Shown piece after piece: positions 25,400 through 39,665 of a stretch of 64,000 nucleotides of DNA (positions are counted from its first letter, which is position 1; the number at the start of each line of letters is the position of its first letter). Under the pieces are notes generated by a model. That model did no database searches. It was given only the letters and a program-made list of their open reading frames with translations, and was not told the DNA's origin. A program made the translations under genes and the position numbers. The stretch comes from Paramecium tetraurelia (Eukaryota), in the NCBI GenBank assembly GCA_000165425.1, contig CT868585.1, forward strand, positions 62,001-126,000, given 5' to 3'.

Positions 25400-28115
25400 A
25401 TTAAATCTATTATTAAAGATCTTTGATTTATTTTTACAGTAAATCTCCAGTTTCCATAATTTTGTTTATTTAGAATTACTCATATATTGGCTAGAAATAA
25501 AGAATTTATTACTAATTTCTATTCATAAATCTTTAAATTAAGTAAGTGATAAGTATTTCCTTTCCAAAATGTTAATTCTCCAGCCCTTATTTAGAAATTT
25601 TATTTAATCTTAGTAAAGCTTAATCAAATCATTTTTTTCTGAAGTTGACTTTCTAATTACAATATTCTGGTATCTTAACTTTCTGAAACTAGATTAATGC
25701 AACTAGATTATTTAATCTGTTTTGAATATTCATTCAATTTAACATTCAGATCATGAATTATTTAATCACTTTTAAAACCTCATTTTCCAATTTTTAAATC
25801 TGCTCTCTATATTTCTCCTATGCTATTTCATCCTTTTATTAAACTTTGAGCGATTTAAATAGTTATTCATTCTCTCTCTAAATTGCAATTCATGATTTCT
25901 TTTCTTCTTCCAATTCCTCTATCTACTAATTTAATTTTTGCTCATAAATTCCATTTCTTTTTATTAGGACGAGATCTATTCTTGACTTTTCTCTTCTTAA
26001 TTTTGGATTGTTTTAGTATTGGATTATGATATAACTGTTTATTTTAAAAATAATCCTTTTTTGGTTTACCTCTTTTTTGATTTGAGGCTATTGTTCTTTA
26101 TACTATTACTATTATTCTTATTGTTATCATTATTATTTGATCTCTATTTACTAGTCAATTTATTCCTTTTTTCCTTAAAATCTTGGTCTTCAGTTGATTT
26201 CAAAAAATTATTTTTATTAATTAATAGTTTCCACACCTCCTAATAACCTTTCCTCTCTCAGAGCTATAAGTTCATGAATTTTAATTTTCCATTAATTTAA
26301 TGAAACTTTTTTTATTAATTTTTGATTAACTTCAGTGCATTAAGATACGAGGGCATTGATTTTTCTCATCAATTTAATTCTTTTTTCTATTGCTTTTTTA
26401 AATAACAATTTTCTTATTGCTCTTTTAATCTTTAGTAATTTATTATGCAATTTTACTTATAACTTCTATATAATTGTGCTGATATTAATATAAATTCTGA
26501 ATTATTTCTTAATTTTCACAAAATTTTCTAATCTAAATTCAATTAGTCTAATATTAAGAAACTCTCGAAAATGTTACTTCATGAACAACTCAGTCTTTCC
26601 TATTTATATTATTTTTTTTATTATTCATTTAAAAACTATCCAATTTTTTAATTTTCACCTAAAAGTTTAAAAATTTCTTACCTGTTCTGTCACAACAAAC
26701 ATTTGATAATTAAAACGCGGCTCTAATCTTCATTTGTAAAATTAATATTATATTAATCAAGATTATTCTTATGTAATTGGTTGGTATCAGTAAATATTTC
26801 GAATCCAAATATATCTAAAATACCCATCCATGTATTTAAAGAACTAGGGTTGCTATAATTCTAAAAACTTAAAGATTTGATGTCTTTAATAGCAGCTAAT
26901 TAATTTTCTCTATTAACTAATTAAATAGCTTTTCATAAACATGTTTTGCTAGAGTATCTCTGGAACTTTAAGCACTTTCCAAATTATTATTTTTAATCAC
27001 TATCTCCTTTCACAGAAGTAACTACTTTGCATATGAGATCTTCTAAGTCTTAAATTAGAATTCCTAATAGTGAGGATGCTAATTTAAGTGAATTATCTAG
27101 TACCAATTTAGATTTGGAAGAATCATAATCAATTTAACATTGCTAAGATTTAACAATCCAGCAATAGTTTGATAAATATATATCTTTTCATTAGGACTAC
27201 GATTTAAATTATCTAAACATAAATCTGTTTCTTAGATTTCTGATTTTTCATTTCTTTGATAAGGTAGATCACCATCTTTTAAATATTCAAATTATTAAGG
27301 GGATATAAGTTCTTTTAATTTAATAAAAGATGTGATAATTCCTTTTTAGTTATTAATCTTTACAACTCTACTTTTCTCTAATAAATAATTATCTATTATA
27401 GCTGTACTGACTCTTTTCGTATCTGAATTGAAGTATTAGTGCATAAATTTTCCAAACCTGTCATTCTTGCAGTTTTAGCATTACCATATGCTTCTAGAAC
27501 AGGATTAAAAGCAAATATTTACTATTCAATGGTTTTCCCTTGTTGAATTGTTCTAAATAAGCCACTTTTTGATTCTGCAGCTAAATAATTTAAAAGTATT
27601 TTTGTTGATTCTGTTTCCCTGATCCACTTTCTCTTGATGTATTTATAGAATATATTCTTAACTCTTATATTGGAATCTCAAAAAATTAGTCGAATGATAG
27701 TTATGTAATTTTAAATAAATGAGGTTCAAACTCATTCTCTCAGGTACTTGTTTTTAATCCTTTTTGATATTATCCTAGTTTATTCTATAATAAGCAAGGG
27801 TTTCTTGATTACAAATATTAGATAGAAAAATATAAGGATTTATCGACACTAATATGACGATAATATTTGGTGAACCAATTTAGGTGTATATTTATTCCTT
27901 CAAATATCTAATTCATATATTATGAAGACAATTGAATTCATTTCGATATGATAGCAACTATGATTTCCATTTAAATAATGATACAAGAAGATCTTATAGT
28001 CCTTCATTTGCCAAAGGATCAACCCTTAATCTATTCGAAGATTTATCTTCATTTACCCTTTCGATTTTATATACTTCTTTTCATCTTCTATCCAAACATC
28101 ATCATCATAACTCAT
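25400..28115 (-). pseudogene. Myosin pseudogene (partial motor domain joined to a coiled-coil tail)
   Basis: Motor motifs IYTQIG..ILVSINPY, EPHLF, ESGSGK/TESTKILLNYL, NPVLEAYGNAKT, RFGKF, YLLEKSRVV, RNYHIFYQ, RDTLAKHVYEKLF and GILDIFGFE occur in order but in shifting frames, with an in-frame TGA and deletions. The 3' boundary is approximate. Confidence 0.85.
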
Positions 28116-28143
28116 ATAAATTATTGAGTAATTATTAAAATAA

Positions 28144-31100
28144 ATGAAAAACGAAATAATCATCCTTTTTTTGCTGTTAATAGCAAGGCCATTACAAGCA
28201 GAAAATGGTTTTCAACTTTTTGATTAAAAGGGAGATATTTCTTTTGAGAATGTTAAGGTTAATCTAAAAAAAATATAAAAAAAATAAATAGAACCTTAAG
28301 AATCTGTCAAAGAAGTTCCTAAATAATCATAAACTGGAAAATCATAAAAAGAGTTATTAGAGGAGTAATTGCAATAGATAGAAAAATATAAACCTTCGAA
28401 TATTACTGTTGAAGGAGGGAGAGTATTCACACAATCATAGTAAAATTAATAAAAGGAATTGGACGAAAATTCAGAGGTTGATGAATAAACTGAGAGTTAT
28501 GATGAAGATGAAATTGATCAAGAGGATGAGGTTCTTTTAGCAATCTAATAAATATCAGCGGATGCTTAATTAGATGCGATTGAGTTTATTTTCAAAAAAC
28601 GGCAGATAGATTATTAAAGAATGAAAAACCTAATAGAAATGATTGATCAATAAGAAATTAATGTAAAAATGAACTAGATTTACGAACTCAGTTCCAAATA
28701 CTCATTTTTATAAGTGTTTTAATAAGTTCTAAGTGAATTACACATTGAGTTCATTTAAGATAAGGATGAAGATACTAATGAGGATGAATCATTGGAAAGT
28801 AGCGATAATTCAGATGAATAAAGTGATAATGATATTGATACAAATTAATTTAATGAGTAATAGACGGATTTTACATTCGATGATTTAATTGATTTCGATG
28901 ATGATGAGTTATAGGATGGCAAATCTGATGACTAAGAAGAAACCAGCCAAGATTAATAAGACGACTTTGATTTTTATGACGATAACACTCCAGAGGATCT
29001 GTATAATTAAGATTTTGAAACTTTGGAGTTAGATGATTCCTAGTTCTAAATTTAAAATTCATTTATTACAGATAGCTAGGTAAATTAATCAATTACTGAA
29101 GAAGAAACTAATATTGAAGTAGAAGAAGAAGAACTGTTAACAGAAGAAGAGCATGCGATAAACTTTTTTGAATTTTAGAAATAATAATAGCAAATAGAAG
29201 AGGAGTTAGTGTATTCTGAATTCGAAGAATTGATAGAATAAAGCTATTCTGAAGAGGAAGAAGAAGAGTTTCATTCTAATATGTAATCTTGATAAATTGA
29301 TCTTAGTTAAGATAATATTTAGAATTCGCAAGAACAATCAGATAACCAAGAAAGTTATTAATAACCACTAAAAGTTGATAATCCAATTTTTCTATAAAAA
29401 GTGGAAGACATAATCTTGAGTAAGGAAGAGTAGGATTAAACATATATTGATGAAAATATACCTGTGGCAGTATTAAATTTTCAAGAAAATGATGATGTCT
29501 CTGAAGTAAAATTGTAAAAGGAGTTTGAATTCAGCCCAAAGAAATTTGATAACTTCAATAAGGATTTAAGTTCATTGTAAGCTTAATTTAATATATCAAA
29601 TGAAAATTTAGATCTGATTAATAAAAAATATGAGTAAATGAACTCAATCTTCAACTCAGAAACTAAAAATGAAGAAAGCGATCCACTTTAAAAAAAAGAA
29701 TAATAATAGGCACAATTTATTTAAATATCGTAATAAACAGAAGAAAATTAGGAAGAATAATCAACTAGTACTAATGATTAAGAAAATACAAATTAAAATG
29801 AAGAATCTAAACTTGAATCAGAAGTTAGTAATGAAAATACAGATAAAGTAGAAACAATTGATAATAGGATTCAAGAGAATTCTAAAGAAAACCAAAAATA
29901 AGCTGATTAAGAACCTGAAGTAGAAAAATAAAAAAATGATGATTAAGTCTAATAAGAATATAGATCACCTTAAAAATAATAAATTCCTTTGAGCAAACCT
30001 GCATAGCCTCATGAATTGGAGTTTGAGAAACCACAGTAGAAATAAGAAAAATCAGAGGAAGAAATTGCATAAGAGAAAGAAATGAAAGCTAGAGCTCGTT
30101 ATGCTAAGAGGTATTAAGCTTTGGATGTTGAAAATGAGGAACAAAAAAAGAAAGAATAAGAGGAAACTCACTATGTAGATGTTGACAAAAGCATTGATGA
30201 CATTTTTATTATTCAATCTTTGGCTTCAACTAAAAAGAATAATGTAATAGAAATGAAGAACTTAAATGAAGAACCAAAGTCAGAGCCATTATAAGAACCT
30301 AATTAAGAAAATGATGCAAAAATTGAAGTCTATAATTCTGTTACTTAAAAACATTTGAGCAAGGCTAATAATTAAAAAACATAGCATTTTGTAGAGGCTT
30401 TTGTTCAGGATATGTCTTTAAAATCATATACTTGTGATCCAAGTTATTATGGTCCAAATAAGGAGGCTCGTTAATTTGCTTGTTAATGCTCCTCCAAAAT
30501 TTTCTTATTAGATGAAGAATCATGGTATTTGGCAGGTACCATTTAATATTACAAATAATACGAAAAGCTATTTGAATAGATTAAAAAAACTATTCCATTA
30601 GTTTTTGTTGGAACATCTAAAGATAAAGTTTGCTTCTCATCATAAATGCACTAACCTGTAATATTAAATGATTTTTTAAGAGAATTATTTTTTAAGACCA
30701 AAATTTAAAATAAATTTATCTAAATTCCAACAATCATTTCAATGTCCTATATGTAATTAGAGTACTCAGATAATTAAATTCACAATTTCATGATGGAAGC
30801 AGAATCAAATGATGAAATCAAACTTGCTTATGGATTTAATGTTCGATAAATTTTAATGAAATTAGCTTAAGAAAATCTTAACATTTAATATGTTGGTTCA
30901 TTTTTAGTTCATTAACAGCAAGTTCCATTTAGATTAACAAATTAATATGGTTCATTAAAAATAGATACAATGGAGATTACGGTGCAATTACCACAAGATG
31001 AATTAATTTGTCTACAAATATGTGAGTAAATTTTGAGTGGTGATGTTGCATAACAATTAAAAGCCTTTATTAACTTTAAAAAAGGTTAATATTAAATAAC

Positions 31101-31158
31101 TGTTAAAGTATTGAGTTCAAATGAAAGCTTTGAAATCTTTTATAGCTTAAAAAGTTGA
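28144..31158 (+). CDS. Secreted or lumenal acidic (E/D/Q-rich) protein of ~1,004 aa, unknown function
   Basis: ATG 28144 and TGA 31156-31158 are in one frame. N-terminus MKNEIIILFLLLIARPLQAE looks like a signal peptide, followed by a long acidic low-complexity body and a globular-looking C-terminal ~260 aa. Confidence 0.8.
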
Positions 31159-31300
31159 GATTAATTTTCATTTGAATTAACAAAATTTGTTTTATTATAT
31201 TTAATACTAATATTTTTAGAATATTTATTAAACCATAAATAACTAACTGATTTTTATAAACATCACAACTCAATTTGTCCTTCCTTTTTTGAATTTCAAT

Positions 31301-32450
31301 ATGTTATCAATTGAAACACTAGTGTAAAATTTAACGTAACACTGATGGCATTGAGGAGCTAAATTAAATCAATAGATAAATAATTTACAATCAACATTCC
31401 ATCAGTTGAACTGACTAGAATAGTGAAACATCTTGCAGCAGTTCAGGCAAATTATAAAAATACAGTTATAAATGCAATCTATCCAGTGTCTTTATTTTAA
31501 AGTTTGACTATATCTATGGTAGTCTTGCAAACATAACTACATAATATTTAAATTGCAATATTACTCAAAAAAAATGTTAATAATTATTGCTAAACTATTA
31601 GGAATGAGTCTTGTAAAGAAGGGCAAATTTACCCCAAGGAAAGTTGCAGCTCTTAAATAATATTCTCCAAGAGTGAATCATTTTTCATAAACCTTGTAAA
31701 GCGCAATAATGATCACAGTTTAAAATAATATAGCAACATTCTCAGCATAAAGCTTCCAAGAATTTTACTTATGCATATTATATGCAATAGAAAATGAATA
31801 AACTAAGAGCTTTGATTTATATATTTGAAAATACTTCTGTGACTTTTGATTTTTGAATGATCTTAAAATTTAATGTGCTTTCAATATGACTGACAAAGCT
31901 ACAATTGAATAACTAACTAATTCGGATAAAGTTGTCTTAATGCAATCAATATATAAATAATCGTTTTGGATGATCAATTTATCGAAACATCTTCAGAATA
32001 AAATATAAAATACTGTTTTCTAATTGTTTTCTGTACTTTAGCAGAGCATGAATAAAGCAATATTATCTTGGTAAATAAGATATAAGTTAAAGTTTATGTG
32101 AATAGAGTTGCAGCAAAATTTCGAAGGGCAATGAGTAATTTTTTAATACCAAAATAAAATAATAAAATAATTGATATTGAAACAGTAGCTCACTGTTTGA
32201 TTTTATTATTATAAATGAGGTTCAGAACATGAATCCAAAAATTGTAGCGATATTAAAACTATTATCTTTGATGAATAATCATTTGATTTAATAGACAATT
32301 AATAGTCAAGATTAAGTTTAGTAAGAAATTAAATCTTCCAAATATTAAAGAGATACATTAAATATATGAATTAATTATGGTAAAATTTGAGAAGGGGATG
32401 ATGCATTTAGGAATTAGTAAGAGAAGAAAAGACAATAAATTTGAAGAGTG
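31301..32450 (+). pseudogene. Degenerate coding-like remnant with no intact code-6 ORF
   Basis: ATG 31301 hits TGA after 14 codons. Short helical-looking peptide fragments alternate between frames across ~1.1 kb, in a genome whose intergenic gaps are usually tens of nt. Confidence 0.4.
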
Positions 32451-32504
32451 AATTAAACGATGTATTTTTTTAATAATTTTCATTTAATAATATATAAGAT
32501 AACT

Positions 32505-34628
32505 ATGAATAGACATATTCGATCAGGGTCTGAAAATAAGGTTTGTTTAATTGATTAAAAAACAGGGAGTACAAGTTTAAGAACATCGGCATCTCGTATA
32601 CGTTTGGGGAATGCTAATTCCTAGCCGTCAATTCGATAATATTATAGTGGTTAAGTAATGCATACTAATATGAAGTACTTTTATGATAAGCACAAATCAT
32701 ATAATAAGGACATTTCAAAAGTGTTTAACAAATTTAATAGATTGAATCTTTTACCTTAATAGCATAGTTTACAAAATCTCACTTAGGATCATTATGTAAC
32801 AAGAATAATCCCAGTTTCTCCAAGTCAAACATTGTTTTTAGATTAAGCACTACCAGTAAAGGCAAACTCAAGCAAAATGTCTCATCGCAAAGTGAACTCG
32901 TTGCTAACTGTATTATTATTTGTCTTATTTTGTTAAGTTTACACAAAAATAAAAGCTAAAAAATGCAGGATCCTTATAAAACATAAAATTAAAGGAAAGA
33001 TTAGTATTGATAGTTTTAAATCACAACCTTACTAAGTACAATTTTATAATAAAAATTGATGCAAATCAATAGATAATTTAAGATATTGCTACTTTAATAT
33101 ACCTATTCCATTACAAAGAAGTTCATAAAGGGAGGCTGAATTATTGCTCCATTAAGTAGGTAAGGAACTATTGGATCAATTAAAGTTGGGATAAATAGAG
33201 TTGTATTTTTATTCTAAAGTAAAATTGTAATTGATTTAGAAAGGAGAGCCTTTGACATCCTTGTTTGATTGCCAACACCATAAAACAATAATAGTATCCC
33301 CAACTAAATAATTTAATGGCATAGCTGAGGCCAATAAAGTCTTAGAGTATTTGGATCAATTGGAATGTGTCTTAAAGGATTAGCAAATAGGAGAATAGAA
33401 ATCTGAGAGTTTGGAGACATTTATAAGCAAGAAATACCAAAGAAACATCTAAAATATAGCAGATTATTTGCAATAGCAAGATGATAAGATGTCTAATTTT
33501 AGGTTGAATTCTTAAGAAGCTGAAAGTTTATACAAAAGATGCAAATTGAAGGCTTAAAAAAAGTTAAATTTAGATGATATATTATAAAAAAAGTTTAATG
33601 ACATCAAGTAAACACCCCTAACTGAAAAATATCAAAATTAAGATGAATATTTAAATGATGATGAATAAATTACAATAGAACCAAGACAATTAGAAAATGA
33701 ACATATTATTAGGTAATATAGTCGAGAATTGTAAATTTTATAAAAAACTATCATATAAAATCATGATCCAGACGCTGTTGCTCCAAGTAATCTTTATTTA
33801 TACTTTAAGTGGTGCTCCTTGGGGGGAGACTAGTGAAATATGAGGATCCATAATATCATGAGTAGCACTTAGATAAGTTGCAGTAATATATAGGAAATAA
33901 GAAGGAGAATCAGAATACTTATGAGATATAATTTGCAAATAGTGCACAAACGAGCAAAAATAAATATCATCATATCAAGACAAAAAAATAGATCCTCCAA
34001 ACCCTTTAAAAGAGGCAGAAGCTATTATTTACCTAGAACATACCTCAATTGATATAGGAAACAAAGCTAAATCGAAGAGAGTTATATTAGACATTTATAT
34101 TATATTAAGCCTTGGAAGCTGTATCAAGTTAAATGGAGGATGCATATGTGATTGGGGAGGGAGTGAGTTTTGAAGCGTTTCGAAATGGAATCTATTAGGT
34201 TTCAATGCAGCCGACTGATTTGGCAAAATAAATGTTTTAATAGATTGATTACAATTTTTCAGGGTATTTGAATTGGAGAGAATTTTTGAATCTAATGGTG
34301 GCCATTAGAGCGAAGACTTTGATGGATAGAGTGAATTTATTTATCAAGATTGCAGACAAAGATGGGAATAGAGCATTATCATATGATGAAGTGCACAATT
34401 TAACTAGGATATGTTTAAGTAAATATATAAAAGTAATAAATTGTAAAATGAAATTAGGATGATTGTCAATTATTAGATTTGTTATGTGATTATTTTACAA
34501 AATTAATCTTTGAAACATTAGAAGTTGATAAAAATGATGACATACCTTTGGAAAAGATTAAATAAACAATTTTGGATGGTGGGGAGAATTGTTAACTTTT
34601 AAGCATGTTCTGTGGAGCTGATTTATGA
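32505..34628 (+). CDS. Protein with C-terminal EF-hand pair (calcineurin-B/NCS-like lobe)
   Basis: EF loops DYNFSGYLNWRE and DKDGNRALSYDE within FQQIDYNFSGYLNWREFLNLMVAIRAKTLMDRVNLFIKIADKDGNRALSYDEV. Several tiny introns; ends FCGADL-TGA. Confidence 0.8.
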
Positions 34629-34672
34629 AGTTTAACAACTCACATATCATTTGTTATTATTATGATTATATT

Positions 34673-35320
34673 TCACTTTTGTAATGGCAATTCTTGTTTG
34701 TCTATCTTGACTTCTCCATCTAATGTGTAAATGAACACTTGTAATTTTTCTTTCTTGAACTCCAAAATCAAGAATGATGGAATTGAACTTTTTAATATTC
34801 ATACAACTAATACGTTTGTTGTCCATTGAATCCTCCTGTTGCTGAACCTGGATTGATAATATATTTCTTCTCGACAGCTGTGACTTTAGCAACGCCTGTG
34901 TGTCCTGTAATGAGGACATCCCCTTCCATCTCTTTCAAAAATGTATATTAAGATTCTTCATCGCCAAAGGGCACAAGCTAAATACATATCCATATCTTAC
35001 TTGATGTCCATGCACCATCACCATCTTCCATGATCCAATTTACACAACCTTTGTCTCAGGTACTTCTTTCACTTCATCGAAATCTCCCTTTACAAAGTGA
35101 GTGTTTCCTGATAGCGTTTTTAGCCAATCTGCAGTTTCCCTGTTGCCAACATTCCCTGTGCAAAATACGTATTGGACTTTATTGGGTACAAGAAGATCTT
35201 TAAATTAAGGAGGCAAATCAGCAGCTCTTTAAGGAATGTTAAAATCACCAATTACTAATCCAAGCTTGAATATTTAAGATGATTTACTTCTCCAAATTCC
35301 TCGTCGTAATACTCAGACAT
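34673..35320 (-). CDS. VPS29: Retromer subunit VPS29
   Basis: LVIGDFNIPQRAADLPPQFKDLLVPNKVQYVFCTGN, HFVKGDFDE, VHGHQ, DVLITGHT, INPGSATG, PSFLILEF; several tiny introns. Confidence 0.95.
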
Positions 35321-35620
35321 TATTTGCCAATATTATTTATATTAATATATTATATAATAAATGATTCCATATTATTTCTAATTAGACATTCCATTCTGAA
35401 TTCATTACTTTTTTGAGTATTCTTTTATCTCAAAGCACCTAATTGTGTTTTATAGAATTAACATCTTTCTATTTAATAGATAAGAATCATTTAATGTATT
35501 TAAGAGTTCTAGATTCATTAATATATTATTTTTAAGTTTATTTACCTGATTTCAGGATTTAGATTAAAAAATATAACTTACTTAACATTTTATTAGAATT
35601 TTTTAATATTATTATAAAAA

Positions 35621-37626
35621 ATGAGACCAAAATATTAGTAAACTTAGAATGATAGTAACAGCTAGGTTAGGATTAATATAAAAAATGCATCTCCAATTCA
35701 AATAGAAGTGATGAAGTAAACAGGTGAAAGGGTGGAAGAGAGCTAAAAGATTGGGGCTTACACATTTGAAAATCAAAACAAATCCATTTTGGCATCTTCA
35801 TCAGGATACATTGTGTGGGCTCAAAATCAATAGGTTTTTGAAATACCACCCACTGATCAATACTTTACCATAGGAGTAATATATAAAAATAAAAGCGAAA
35901 TGCCTAATCAGGTAATAGTATTATTAATTTGAAGCAGGATGAGTATGAAATTAATACTGCACCTACTTCGTCATAAGCACAGCAAAATTATACAAAATTG
36001 AGTTTCTCATAACTATCCCTAAAGAATTGCTAAGGCAACATTCAAATCTTAAAGTGGAGAGTTAATGTGGGAGATTTTATTTCTCCAACTATGATTCTAG
36101 GTATTTGTACTGAAGAAAACCAACAGGATGAAATTGATTTGAAGCCTAGGATTAGAGGTCGCATCATAGAATTAGCTAAGACTAAAACTATATTGTCAAG
36201 AAATGATGTTTTGTTGGTGATTGATATTGCTCAGACTTGCAACCACTTGAAAATAGAAAAAAACTATTGTGTTATTTGTAATGAGAAGGTCATTAGATAT
36301 GAGGAATCCTTGGATCTTAATTATTCAGATGATATTTCTAAGAAGATTTCAAAGGAAATTGTACTTGACATCTTAAAGAAAAGGAAACTTATTATGGTGC
36401 TTGATCTAGACTAAACTATTTTACACGCCATAAAGGTTACGAATAGCTTTAACAAATATGATTTTTGTGAAAAGTAGAATAAAATGTTACAGTCTGATAG
36501 TGATGGATAATTCAATGGGTTCAATTAATTGGGGTTTAATATAAAGGAGCACTTTTTAGAAATGGCTTGTGATTCATAGTGCAAATTTATCATTAAATTA
36601 AGACCGTACTTCGAGTAGTTTTTCTTAACATTAATACCGCTTTTTGACATCTTCATTTACACAAAAGCAAGTAGATCATACGCTGAGTTCATCTTGAACT
36701 TTATTTCCAAAAGATTAAATGAAGTCATTCCTGAACACAAGCCTTTCTTTCCACCACAACGAGTCTTGTCGCGTGATGATACTATATGTTCAAATAGTAA
36801 ATCGCTAAATAGACTATTTTATCCAGGAATTGCAACTAATTTATTAGTCATTCTTGATGATAATGCTGGGATGTGGAATCAATTCAAAGAGAATCTCATT
36901 CATACTAAGCCATTTGTATACTTTGATGAACATTGTTCTACTAGGGATGGATAAGGAATTGCCACTGAGGTTGAGTAAGAAGTATAAATCTATAATAAAA
37001 ATGATTTCTGGCTATATACAATTACATAGAAATTGAAAGATATATCTGATTAATTTTGGAAGTAATTTAAATTGGCTCAAGATGATCCAAATTTCATAGT
37101 CGAGTTTGAATAGTAGATATCTAAGGCTAAAAAAATTAAAACAGAAATTATAGAGGAAACCAACAATCGATTGGAAGAAAGGACTCCTTTGGATTTGATC
37201 ATCAATAGAAAAATTAGTGTTCCAACCATATATTAAGAAATGAGAGGCAACGTACTGAATGGCGTTACTTTATTTTTTGCAATTTCCGAAGCACATGAAG
37301 ATTCCATTAAGAGAGGATTAGAATAAGCTAAGGATAAAGCGGTGTATTTAGGAGCCAAGGTTTATAGAGAGTTTAAAGAAGAATGGTTTATTGGCCAAGA
37401 AAGTAGTTTTGTTATTACAGTTGGGAGAAGAAAGATTAGGAGTATCATGATCGCTTAGGAGAAGAATATTCCCATAATACATTATAAGTGGATTGAAGAT
37501 TGCGATAATTACTTGTTCAAAGCGGATTATAAACTATATGTTGAAAAGGAAGATGGGAACAATAAAAACTTAACTGAAGAAGATTAGAGAGATTATGTTT
37601 TAAAATGTTAGTTGATGAAAATATGA
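35621..37626 (+). CDS. FCP1: RNA polymerase II CTD phosphatase FCP1-like (FCPH + BRCT)
   Basis: CNH...YCVIC motif, KLIMVLDLDQTILHA (DxDxT), IKLRPY, IYTKASRSYA, RVLSRDD, LVILDDNAGMW, and BRCT-like LGAKV...IPIIHYKWIEDC; intron 35912-35937. Confidence 0.92.
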
Positions 37627-37677
37627 GGGATAAATTATTTGTTCAATTTGATTATAATTAAAAAAATAAATTTATTT

Positions 37678-38664
37678 ATGTATTAATACTACTCATCAAG
37701 AAGCTCTAATTAAGAAAACGATCGCAACAGATCTTTTGGGAACATGCTTAATTCCACCAAATCTGATACTCTTTAGACAGATTAGAAACACTCAGGATGT
37801 TTACAACGCCTGCAATTGTTAGTCTAAGAATTAGATCGAATGGCTGAAGCTTAACAGAGGGCCAACCAAGAAATAGCCTCACTGAGGTAGGAATTAGAAT
37901 AAGCAAAGCAAAATAATCAAACTCTGGTCTTGAATAATGGTTTCGATTCAGAAATTCTTGAAGAATTAAAGCTATAGCAATAAAAATTTAATCAATACAA
38001 ACAAGTCAAAGAATAATAGGTTGAATAATTAGAAAATGAACTTCTCTAAATTCATAAACAATTCAAAGAAGAGAAGCTGATTCGTATGGACTTGAACCAG
38101 AAGTTTGAATAGAAATAAATTGAAGTTGATTTTTTATAGAAAGAACTATAAAGGAATGCTGAACAACATCAAGATCAGAATGATAGTGGCATTCTTAATT
38201 AATTACATGAAGATGTAATTGAGTTGTAATGTCAAAATAAAGAACTCAAAAACATTAATTTAGGTTACCAAAAACAAATAGAACAACTTTTAGAAAATTA
38301 ATAAATCATGGAATAAAAATTAAAATAATATTAAGCTGAAATATCATTCTAACCATCTCCCAACAAAAGTCAATATGAATTCTCACCTTAATACAAAACA
38401 GAATCTATTAAAAAATATAATAGAACAAAAACAATGTAGCCTATGGATTTCGTAGATCATCAAAGTCTTAATTAATAACCAGCATCAAGACCATCATTAA
38501 ATGTTTTTCAATAAAGATTATCAATGGTTCAAATAGGATAAACAAATGATTTAGATACACTTTAAAATTAATAAGATACTATTAAAAAAGATACTCTTAG
38601 AAGCAAACCTAAACCTGTGGAAAACATAAAGTATAGCAAAAGCAAGTTTGCTCAATAATTTTGA
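37678..38664 (+). CDS. Hypothetical coiled-coil protein (328 aa)
   Basis: Uninterrupted code-6 ORF from MYQYYSSRSSNQENDR to KFAQQF-TGA, with a heptad-rich centre. Confidence 0.8.
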
Positions 38665-39665
38665 TTTTGATATTTTAATAATTTCAGTTATCATAAAGTA
38701 TTTAACTTCTTATAATTTTTCAACATATTAAACCCAGACTGTCTTCCTTTCAACTATTTTTAGACTATTAGGAGAACCAACAAATAGGAGAATGCTAACT
38801 CTAAATTAGAACGAGGATCATCAATTAGATAAAATAAGAACTGAAGGATTAATAAAGTTTAGAAAAAAAGTTCCTCATTATTAATAAATTGCTGAAATAG
38901 AAGCATCATAATTTAAATTATCAGTCATAGATTTGATTATTCTTTTATCTATTTCACTGTCTATGATAAAGCATATATAAGCATTTAAAAGGTTCATTCC
39001 AGGCATGAAAACTGAATGTTCTTCCTTCTTACATTCATATCTATCACTTCTATATCAAAGCTTCTATATTTCTGTTTTAATTTCAAAGAGTTGTACTTAT
39101 TCTATAATTTTTCTACGAGGATTCTAATTGATATATTCACCTAAACCGACCTGCATCAGATTGTCCTCAACAGCTCTTCTTTACATAAAAGATGAACATA
39201 TCTATTACCTAATTTGCAAAGGTAATAAAGGCATTAATAAATTCTAGAACTCAATGTAATTTAGAGGATCATAAATGTAACTTACAAAGACTTTAAATAA
39301 CCTATTGATTGATTATATATTATAATTTATAAATTTTGGTATAATAATTATTTTCTTATCCTCGTTATGGTAATCATTATCCCCTCTATTTAATTATTTC
39401 TTTTTATTTAATTAATTATCTTCAAACTTAATTAAAAACTCGGCAAACTCCAATAGAAATTTGAAATTTCAACAAAAAAACCTCATATGTAATAAATCTT
39501 ATCTTAAAACAAGAATTTTCTGTGTTTTTATATTAATGAGTATTAAAAATTAAAGTATTTTTGTTTTTCCAGAAGAATTTATCTAATTAGATTGTGATCA
39601 ATATTTTTTCATTCAGAATTTTCTAATAAAATTATTTAAGAATATAATCAATCTAAACTAACCAA

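Noticed and set aside
38690..39300. Coding-like stretch on the minus strand
   Set aside because: No consistent TGA-free frame or recognisable motif; may be a remnant but cannot be supported.
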